DNA of 64,000 nucleotides, taken from assembly GCA_051362555.1 (NCBI GenBank), contig CM120643.1, forward strand, positions 8,556,001 through 8,620,000, in the 5' to 3' direction. The translations under genes and the position numbers were made by a program. The notes beneath the pieces were generated by a model. It saw only the letters and a list, made by a program, of their open reading frames with translations. It was not told the origin of the DNA and ran no database searches. Shown piece by piece: positions 13,001 to 22,275 of this stretch. The stretch is from Lingula anatina (Eukaryota > Animalia > Brachiopoda). Each line of letters begins with the position of its first letter. Within the stretch, counting starts at the first letter, position 1.

Positions 13001-16000
13001 AGCTCAGTTGCTAGCTGAATCCACTGTCATTTTGGACTCGGAATGGCTTCTTTTAAGTTTCAAATATTTACTCACTGACCTACATGCACAGGTAAAAGAC
13101 TTCTCTGTCAAAATAATGAAGATATCCTGTCTTGTATACCAGTCAATGTTGCTGATTTTTTATTGTTTTGGTGAGTTTCAATCGTATTTAAGCAACTCCG
13201 ATATTTAGCTTGTGTCTATGTGTAGCAACTGTTGTGATTCATTTCCAAAATAAGTGAAACTGATACAACCAGGGATTGGTTTTATCTTGTGTTTAATTGT
13301 CCACAAATCAAAATGCTCGTTTCAGGTTGGCATTGACAGCGTTGGTCGTTTCAAAGCCTTGGACGCCACAGTCTACTTGAATGCAGGAAATACTTCCGAT
13401 TTATCACCAGAAGTGAGATCTAACTCCTGAATGCTTTCTATATTTATTGCAATATACTGATCAAAAAGGAAATTATATACATGTAAATGACTACAAAATA
13501 AGTGTGCGATGTTTGTATACAAAATGTAATATATATTTCGAAACATTATTTTCTGTACGTTTTTTTTATGCTACAGGTAGTAAGTGTATCATTATACAGT
13601 TTGGACAACTGTTACCATATTCCAAACACTGTACTTACTGGTTTCCTGTGTAAGACCAACCTGCCCTCAAACACGGCATTCAGGGGCTTTGGTGCCCCTC
13701 AGTCAATGCTGGTCATGGAGAATATAATTGAAGATGTCGCCGTCAGTCTGAATATCCCCTCACATAAGGTAGGTATGAGATGTAACAAAGAATCTGTATT
13801 GTAGGTCTGTATATAGCGGAGCGTTGCAGGAAGACATAACTATTCCACATCCAATTTTACCACTTTTATCATACAGTTTTAACATGGACATTTGTGTTTT
13901 ATATTTATGCTTCACTTATTCACATTACAACACCGTAAACTGTTTATTGTAACTGGATCAGGCCCTAAACTCTGGTTTTGACTAACCCAGTACGTACGTA
14001 CAACTATAATGATATGAATTGTATTATAACCTTAATATTGTACGCAATAAAACCATTCAATATTGTTTTCATTTGTTGAAGGTCCGTGAGATAAACATGT
14101 ACAATGAAAATGACCTAACGCCAAAGGGTATTCGACTGATAAACTGTGCTATAGACCGTTGCTGGAATGAAGTCATCCAGCAGAGTGAATTTTTTCAGAG
14201 AAAAGAAGACATTGCCAAATTTAACAGGTAATATGGCATCAAAAATAGCAGAATCGCCTTTAAACTACTCCACAATAGGCACAGCAGTAGAGTGATAATC
14301 AAGCGATTCGATAGAGCGCTAGAAGAAATAAGTTTAAGTTCTTGTCGAGGAGATAAAAAAGTTGTAATAGTTACCGAATATTCGATCCGTTTTTACAGAG
14401 GCAGCCTTTGAAAAACGTTGCCACAGTCTTTTGTTACATTTACCGGTGCATTTGATAATCTTGATCAATCATGAGATAAGTTACATAATTATTTGAAGAG
14501 CAGTCTCAGTCAATTGACACACAACTATAAATTTTTGCAGTAGCGGATTTTAAATGTATACGTATTTGTATTACAACTGGCTTGAAATTTGTAGATATGG
14601 GTAAAGGGCCTACCTCTATACAGTCAGCATTTTCCACTGGTCGCTGAAACAGGCTGAAAAACTATTGAGATACATTTATTACATTATATTGGAACTGCTT
14701 AACTTTATTGCACTAAATTAAAAGAGATCTTTCGTCTTATCTAGTCGGAATTCAAATGGTATTTAAAAAGCATCTGTCTGTATTTTTCTCCCAAGGCTGT
14801 TCAATATTACAGAGGGATTAACTTAGATTAAAATCAATAACACAACAAAGTAAAATTTTCAAGGTTAACTCTGCTTTCAGAGACAACCGATGGAAGAAGC
14901 GTGGAGTTAGTTTGATTCCAACCAAGTTTCTGATTTCTTACTATAATGAGCGTTTTCTAGAACAGGTACATGAATCTATAAAATGTCCCCTTATATCATT
15001 GTACTGGTAATTGTTCCTCAAAGAAAAGGGTACCATACTGTGCTTAATTGACTTTATTTTTACATGTGCATTCTGTAACATTAGTCAGTCCTTTTCACGT
15101 ATTTTTAATTTTTTATTTTGTGTTTACAACTAATGATAAATTCAATACTTTATAAATAGCATATTCAAATAAAATTCCCTTTTCTGTTATTTTGTATATA
15201 ATTATATATTATACATCAAACGTGACTGGTATACCGGTAGACATTGTCTTACAACTTATCTCGTTTTGTCTGATTACTAGGGGGCAGCACTTGTTCATGT
15301 GTACCAAGAGGACGGTTCAGTTCTGATAACACATGGTGGTGTAGAGATGGGACAAGGATTGCACACTAAGATGATACAGGTATGACAGTATAAAAGTTGC
15401 AGACTACGCGGCAGTATAGCCATAAAGGTGCCGTGATTGCATGCTTTGGGTTTGCTTTTCTAAATAAACAGGAAAGGTTCTTCGGTTGTAAGTCAGTGTA
15501 CTGGGTATTTATGCAATTTAGGGAGGATTAACACCAAGAAGAGCCGAGGTCTAGTAAGGTTGCGACCTAACTAGGGCGGACCTACATGAAAGGAATACCG
15601 CTAATCCTGTAATGGTCTCGCCGCCTCTCACACGCCTCCCCACGCGTTGTCCCTCGACCGGTTGAATTGAGCCGAGATCTAATTTACTGTGCCCCTGCAT
15701 TATTATCGATACAAATAAGTAAACGTGGTATTATCGTCCAAGGTTGCCAGTCGAGCGTTACAGTTGCCAGTCCACAAGTTCCACATCAATGAAACCACCA
15801 CTAGTACCGTTCCGAACACCACTGCCACAGCTGCCAGCACAGGATCGGATCTCAACGGCATGGCTGTATTGGTGAGTTGATAACATAGGGCCGTGTACAT
15901 CTATAGGCTGAGGAAAGTGCTTGCGGACAGTTCTTGAAGGCTTACAAGGCATGTAAGTACGGTCTTAGTACCACCTGTGATAATAGGCGTCGCTTAAAGG

Positions 16001-17889
16001 AAACACTAAGGCTTACAGGGAACTAACAGGGGACACTAAGGCTTATACCCTTTTTAGCTTTAAGATTAAATGTTTCCCTCCCCCCTAAAGTTCTGTTTGG
16101 GTTTGTGGCATCTACTACGAAATGTTTATTATTTGTCTTACTGTAACGAAAGGAAAACTTCTAAAGCATGAAGTTCGATCATCATGATCAAGTCGTCTGG
16201 TGAGTCATTTTCAAAAACCAGTACATATTTTTTGTGTAAATGATTGCGTTGAGCTCACATGAGTTTTGTTTATTGGCATTCAAATAACCATTGATACGAA
16301 GGGTACCTGTTAAGTTGTTAAAAAGAAAACGGTTAAGCTCCCTAAAAACAGTGAGAACTAGTACACACACGTAACTGTATACATATCGCATCTATTACAG
16401 AATGCATGTAAGACGTTAAGACACCGACTTGAGCCGTATATAGCCGGTAATCCTGGTGGATCATGGGAAGATTGGGTAAGTGATATATGCTTGGGAATGA
16501 TTATAATTAGTATATTAACGGAAATGAAAACTTATGAAACATGAATTTGATCAGTACAAGTACAGAGCACATTCAAACCTTGAGCACAGTTTTGTCAATT
16601 CGTTATCTCTATGTTACGGTAGAAATAATCCTGTGAAAGGACGCTCGGTTTATGATACACAAAATAAACTATATTTTATATAAAAAAGGTTTCAGTATAT
16701 TAAAATGAATGTTATCTATCGTAATTGCAGGTTAAAGCTGCCTATATGGACAGAATCAGCCTGTCTGCAACAGGTTACTACAAGTAAGTCACGTCTTCAA
16801 ACGTGTTTGTATCGGTAATGTTTAAAAACACAAATGGACCTAAATTGATAATGTTTAAAAACACAATTGGACCCAAATCGGTAGTGTTTAAAAACACAAA
16901 TGGACCCATACCTTCAACCAATCTGCTAAATTAAATGCAAGTCTGTGTTAAAATGCTTACGTTATGTTATTGCATCGATCCCAAACTTTAGAGGCAATAT
17001 TTTGTTTATAACCTACATGTACGTGTGGGTGAATAATGTATTTCAACTTACAATTTTTTTTAGTATTTCCCTAATATAAACCGTTTGTTAAAACCTTCGG
17101 AATAAGGGGGACCTCCTCTCTCCCTAACGAAAATTGCATAGTAAGTAAATTTATATTAAGAAACACTATGTAAACAAAAGCAGTACAAAATGAAATGAAA
17201 TTTTGATTTTTTATTAGGCTGCAATTGCAGTCCAAACCAGGCGGTTGACATTTGTTCTTCACTATTAAAGCTTTCTGTCTTCTGAAAGTTCGGTTTCCAC
17301 TAGTGAAATTGCGTTGCTTCCTTGTTATATTCAGGGTTCCCGATACCTGGGACGATAACTATGTACCTGTAGAACGGGAGCAAACCACGCAGAGGTACCA
17401 CACATACGGCGCCGCTTGTTCCGTGGTTGAAATAGATTGCCTTACCGGAGACCATGTGGTAATGTGCTATAATTTATACTCACTGTTTTAGTGACAGTGT
17501 CGGTTTTGTGTTTATCCTTTTTTTAATAAAGATATATAACCTTGATCTGACTTCAGTTAAAAAGGTCAACATATTAATAAAAGAGTTTCCCTCTTCTGTA
17601 ACAGCTAATGATCGCCATTAAACTTACTTTGGACATAATTCTAAAAGTATGAAATGTTTATTTCCATTATAGTTTATTATTCAATCTGTAGTGTTTATTT
17701 ACCCATTGTTATACAATTGCGTTGGTGTCTAGCCTAAAGTCAAAGAAGAGTAAATATATATACTTACGTTCCATAAATATCTCTTTATAACATCTAAGGT
17801 GTTGCGAACAGATATCGTTATGGACGTTGGAAGAAGTTTGAATCCAGCCATTGATATTGGACAGATAGAGGGAGCCTTCGCGCAGGTGA

Positions 17890-17922
<33 letters not shown>

Positions 17923-19378
17923 TACAAAAGAAGAAAATTAATATAATTCATCAAAACTATTGGATGGGCTCCTATAAGTTACAGAATTGTTGTTCTTTAT
18001 TCATTGGGCAAATATTTTGGAGAGTGCTCTGTTTTTTACATAAGGATAACTTAATAGCAAGCCATCAGCTCTTTTAAAAAGCAATAGCATTTATAATTAT
18101 TGTAGAATTCACTCCCTGGACACCACATTAAGCCGCACTGAAATGGTAAAGCAAAGTCTATGAATAAAATTAAACAAAAATGTTGTTTTATGGATGCTTG
18201 TAACACTCCCAACCAGTGTATCATTTCATTTTCTGAGAGGATGCATTTGCTTTTAGGGCTATGGGCTATTCACCATCGAACAACTGAGATACTCTTCTGA
18301 GGGAAGACTGATAACTAATGGTCCAAACAAATACAAGATCCCTGGTTATGGAGACATCCCTGTGGAATTCAATGTTTCTTTACTGAAAGGTGCTTCCAAT
18401 CCTAAAGCGGTATATTCTTCCAAAGTAAGGATACACAGAATCATTAAGAGTTATCCAACATTTGATTTTGCAATTTGTTGGTTGTGTACAGAGAATCCCA
18501 AAATACGTTATTGTAATATCACAAGTTGAATATGACATCTGTAGTAAAGAGAGCAATTTTTCTTTGCATTATCTCGCATCCAGGTATTAATCTAAATTTG
18601 ATATCGTTTACATGTTACAAAAAGTACCTTTGAGTAGACTTATACCGTCCGGCTCTTGTTGTTGACAGGGTATAGGTGAACCCCCTTTGTTCCTGGCGTC
18701 CTCAGTGTTCTTTGCCATCAAGGATGCCATATCGTCTGCTAGAGCCGAGTCCGGTTTGGAAGGGAGGTTCCGATTGGACAGTCCAGCCACAGCTGAGAGG
18801 ATCAGGATGGCATGTGAGGATCAGTTTACACGCCAGGTAAACGTGCATTGAGAAAGGTTGTTTATGTATTGGCCACGAAAACAGTTGTTCTTAGGCAATG
18901 TACTCGCATTGATAAATGCTACATTTTAATTTGATAACTGATTTATATGAGGTCAAGACATCAGTAATTCGTCAATCTCTATTTTTTTTTAATCTGTTAC
19001 TAGACTTATTCTAGTTTGCGGGGTCTCCCTCTCCTAGACTTCAGCTGGTCTCACTTTAACTATGTAAAATAAGGCTGCTACATAGTATTACCTGCTGTAG
19101 TATTACCTGGCAGTATTACCTGGCAGTTAGTTTTGAAAGTTTTTTGCTTTAAGTAGCAGAAAAAAAAAATAAAAAGTTGCCTACAAAATGGAAAATTTTA
19201 CATGTTTTATACACGACACTGTTTTTGATTTCCTTTATGCGATTCAGAACCAGAATATTTCATTTCAACCAACTGGCACTGGTACATACTGACTTAAACC
19301 CCCCCCCCCCCCTTCGCTTTGTTATAGTGCTCACCAAACAGCCATCATACCTTGAGGCCAAGGTTTTTAGATGTGTGA
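1001..19378 (+). CDS. XDH: Xanthine dehydrogenase/aldehyde oxidase family molybdo-flavoenzyme, copy A (33 coding exons, ~1331 aa, intact)
   Basis: Manually spliced exons: 1001-1042, 2458-2515, 2767-2863, 2963-3071, 5520-5646, 6253-6452, 6617-6758, 7554-7721, 7998-8074, 8309-8402, 8780-8892, 9111-9295, 9806-9968, 10151-10361, 10590-10768, 11149-11268, 11629-11856, 12132-12195, 12466-12532, 12876-12963, 13326-13412, 13577-13768, 14082-14227, 14881-14965, 15281-15379, 15743-15871, 16401-16475, 16731-16783, 17335-17458, 17799-17885, 18257-18424, 18669-18836, 19328-19378 (sum 3996 nt, open). Motifs: [28 protein letters not shown] and [17 protein letters not shown] (2Fe-2S), AGHQIRNVA (FAD), [43 protein letters not shown] (Moco). 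The symbol denotes the family; function may be aldehyde oxidase-like. Confidence 0.95.
1221..2053. mobile_element. Non-autonomous DNA transposon (Tc1/mariner-pogo-like MITE), copy A intron 1
   Basis: TIRs GGGGAGACCGGGGCTAGTTGG ... CCAACTAGCCCCGGTCTCTCC, TA target duplication, internal GGGGCAACTT/AAGTTG repeats. Empty site CAACGACTACTGCAC in copies B and D. Confidence 0.9.
2151..2252. mobile_element. ~100-bp MITE with a ~9-bp TSD
   Basis: TIRs TACCTTTTTACCAGGG / CCCTGGTAGAGGGTA flanked by (t/c)CAGTAACA. Absent from the other copies. A related left end TACCCTCTACCAGGGCGAC...GATATTCACAGATATG lies at ~52424-52475. Confidence 0.75.
2516..2766 (+). other. U12-type (minor spliceosome) intron 2, GT-AG, copy A (paralogs 22666-22910, 43370-43625, 63277-63521)
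   Basis: 5' site GTATCCTTT and a TCCTTTAC branch box ending 12 nt before the end of the intron, no polypyrimidine tract in between. Conserved in all four copies. Confidence 0.92.
2864..2962 (+). other. U12-type intron 3 with a non-canonical 3' end (GT-TG; GT-AC less likely), copy A (paralogs 23008-23106, 43723-43820, 63619-63717)
   Basis: 5' GTATCCTTA; branch box TTCCCTAAC (2944-2952) followed by TGTTGACTTG|T CAT TAT. No in-frame AG. The TG junction gives ...[12 protein letters not shown], colinear with XDH ...KIV-HFSANACL. Confidence 0.85.
3376..5479 (+). mobile_element. 5'-truncated, degenerate non-LTR retrotransposon (LINE; RT plus C-terminal CCHC domain, possibly RTE-X-like) in copy A intron 4
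   Basis: RT motifs [33 protein letters not shown]; C-terminal LRIETGRY...CILC...EIHF...C. Frameshifts and a stop, an internal ~130-bp duplication (4068-4327), 3' AATAAA and a (CTGAA)2 tail. Absent from the paralogous introns. The clade call is tentative. Confidence 0.9.
11386..11576. mobile_element. MITE with CCCTTAGCAAAA/TTTTGCTA(A/G)GGG termini and GCAGCAAATTTGCTGC palindromic repeats (shared: 29398-~29596 truncated, 50983-51189)
   Basis: Terminal inverted repeats and internal palindromic arrays at the same intron-16 position in copies A, B and C, so it predates the duplications. Confidence 0.8.
16811..16910. repeat. ~30-bp minisatellite (ATCGGTAATGTTTAAAAACACAAATGGACC): 3 units in A, 4 in B (~37170-37300), degenerate in C
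   Basis: Tandem repeats directly visible in intron 28. Confidence 0.85.
17891..17921. repeat. (AAT)n microsatellite next to the exon-30 donor (also ~38553-38583; short at ~58543)
   Basis: Directly visible. Confidence 0.9.
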
Positions 19379-21094
19379 ACAAGTAGGACACGTGACTGGA
19401 TGTTATAGCCAGGATTTGTTCTCTGGCAGACTTCAACTGAATCTTATCTACGGGTTAGCATGAATATATTTGAGGACTCTTTAACTCCCGATGATAACCG
19501 CATGACAACTCGCAACAGCAAATTGATGGTTAAGGGTTTTCTTATTGGACAACTGTAATATGAATATAATGGCTGCCATTAATGTACTCAAGACTCTTTA
19601 AATATAATCGGTCAGAGCACATGTATGATAATGCAATCCAGAGTACTGAGGTATATGTTTATTCGGTACTGTTGCGATATTAATGCTATTAAACATTGTA
19701 GTGAAGTAATTGTAATTTTGTCTAAGAATGCACGGGCACTATATTGACACTCACACCTAAAAGATAACCAGACACCATACCCAAATACCTGACCGGATTT
19801 GGAAGTTATTATTATGAGGCGTCTTTGTAAGTTTTCTAATTTGAAGAACTCATATCACCATCTTTTTACCATTTCGTCTTAAGACAGATGTGTACAGGAT
19901 CTGCTTTTCACCTCTAATAAATGTTTTCTTGTTATCTTATAATTATAATATTGCTTTAGTGTTTACCATTACACGTATATCACTCGCGTACATACTTATA
20001 TGTATGGACACAATTCAACAAAAATATGTTTGTTACATCAAGTTGAACAATTTTACCTTGGTAGTGGAGTTACATGGTGTTTAAAATTCAGAAATAAATA
20101 ATTTTGAAAAATCTAAGGTGTCGCTTAACTTTTGAGAATCAGTACACATGTTCTAGATAACATTCATTTACATAAAGTCTAGAGACAATAAGAGATATAA
20201 ATATGCTTTACATATTTTAAAACTCAAGTTCGTTTGTGTATTTTTTTTAATGATCTGTCCACGATATACAACTTTTTAAAGACCTGCTCTTTGTATCATT
20301 ATTGCTAGTAGCCCGTCCACTCACCTGATAAAATCCCTCCGGTGCTTAATCCAATGCCCCGACCAACCAGCTGAGTGAGGAATAGACTGTAAATACTTTC
20401 TGCCCACCAGAACCTCGTTACAGACAGCAAACCATGCAGCAATGATGGGTCCCTGCCCGGCTCCTAGAGCTGAATTATTTTAAAAAATCATTGATGCCCC
20501 TTTTATCAATATTGGCAAGCTGGATCATGCTATCCTTTGCTGCTAGAAAATCAGTGATACGTTTTGTAACCTCTGATGTTCAGAAACGTATGTGTGTTGC
20601 GGTATCAATGCAACATGCTCCCCTTTTATTCTATTCGGCCACCACGCCCAAAACAGCGGACGTATTTTCCAGATGGTACCCGGAAATATTCGGAGTATTC
20701 TCCAGTTCTAACTTTCCCCAAACAAGAATAAGTTCAAATAAACATGAAACACCCATCCCGGATCTTCCCCGCCTCGATGCTAAAGATATGAATTAAATTG
20801 ATAAAACCCATACACTTCTAATAGTTGTCTGTTGCTGATGAAAACTGACTACCCCAACTTTATCCAACGCATGCATAATAAAATCACTGTGACAACGTTC
20901 CAGACCTACATGTAATGAGGTTTTATCCCCAAAATCCACATAAATCATATATTGGACTGAGACGTATACGTACAATGAACATGTAGTGGAGCGCGATTTA
21001 TAAAACCTGGAATAAAACCCGGGTTTACAGTGGAAACCCTGTTTGTCGTGGCGCATTTGCACCCCTAACTTTAATAATGTCTTCTTTTTTCAGT

Positions 21095-21778
21095 TAATTT
21101 TCATTTCGTGATTATAATCTATTAGCCTTATAGCATAATTATTTTTACTTTCCCCGTGCCGAATTTTAATATCCCGGTGACTCCCTTCGCCACAAAAAGT
21201 TTTCATGTAATTATTAAACAGAGCAAAAATGTCTCTCTATTTCTGTAGTATTATAAATACAAGGTTATCGCAAATATTTACTTTCGGGAGTCATCGGGGT
21301 ATTCCGTACACGCGAATGCAGCATTATCAGTACATGACCTCTGTCCTACAATAAAGACGCAGAACCAATCAGTAGCAAGTTTCCATAACACATAACTAAG
21401 GGCCAGTCTCACTCTTGCTGCTGGTAAGATCAGACCTCAAAATTTGTCGGAGAGTTTTACTTCCAATTTTGCAAAAGAATTACCAGGTAAGCACTCCGAA
21501 TCTTACGCTTATTTTCATTCTTACATACAGGTACGTTGTCTCTTGTTCTTGCTTTCTCTCTTTCCATTTACTTTCTTTTCTCTTTCACCACATTTAATAA
21601 TTACATCTCTCTTTTCATTTAATTTTCATTACGTAATTATAATTTATTAGCCTTATCGCATAATTATCTTTACTTTCCTAGTGTCGAGTATCCCGGTGAC
21701 TCCCTTTGCCTCAAAAAATTTCATGTACTAATTATTAAACGGAGCCAAAATGTCTCTCTATTTCTGTAGTATTATAAT
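21095..21778. repeat. Pair of ~165-bp direct repeats in the intergenic spacer (~21095-21257 and ~21620-21778; also in the B-C and C-D spacers)
   Basis: AATTTTCATT...TATCCCGGTGACTCCCTT...AATGTCTCTCTATTTCTGTAGTATTATAA occurs twice per spacer. Confidence 0.8.
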
Positions 21779-21784
21779 AACCCG

Positions 21785-21940
21785 AGTGTCAGCGAAAGGT
21801 ATTTCGGTTGCGCAACGTTGTCTGCAGTGTGTCAACCCGCACGCAGACTTTCCATAACCTAGTTACTGATCAGGTCCAACTTCTTGAACAAACATCCACC
21901 CGAAGATACGGCAGCGGCGAAGTTACTGTCAACGGGGAGC
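21785..21940 (+). promoter_or_regulatory. Putative proximal promoter/5' UTR block shared by all copies (~719-1000, ~41900-42053, ~62398-62553)
   Basis: The only upstream segment homologous in all four copies. Contains TTGCGCAA (C/EBP-type palindrome) in B and D and CACGCA/CACGTA cores in B, C and D. No transcript data, so function is inferred. Confidence 0.4.
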
Positions 21941-22121
21941 ATGGGCGCTGATGAGCTAGTATTTTTCGTTAATGGGAAGAAGGTATTTCAAGTTTAATGC
22001 ACGCTAGCGTAATTGTTGTTACCTACTACTGATCTTTCGATTACGTAAGAATTGTTTCTTTAACTGATCATAACTGTATTCACCGGACAAATACAGAATG
22101 CATACCTGAACTCATTTTACT

Positions 22122-22275
22122 TATTTTTCGTTAATGAAAAGAAGGTTTCTCAAATTTAACATACGTTCACGTACTTGTTGTAATCTATTACTGTTCTTTA
22201 GATTACATAAGAATTGTTACTTTAACTAACCATAACTGTATCCACTGGACAAAATACGGGATGCATACTTGACAA
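22122..22275 (+). repeat. Tandem duplicate of the 3' part of exon 1 plus the start of intron 1 (also ~62735-62885)
   Basis: TATTTTTCGTTAATGAAAAGAAGGTTTC repeats the exon-1 end ~163 bp downstream, in copies B and D only. Confidence 0.8.

Noticed and set aside
16811-16910. CRISPR-like ~30-bp repeats
   Set aside because: Contiguous minisatellite with no unique spacers, in a eukaryotic intron, with no cas genes.
18608-18790. Recurrent minus-strand ORFs over XDH exons
   Set aside because: Antisense shadows of the coding exons.
19890-20084. 64-aa hydrophobic ORF recurring in each unit
   Set aside because: It starts at GTG in AT-rich DNA; recurrence is explained by the segmental duplication and there is no recognisable domain.
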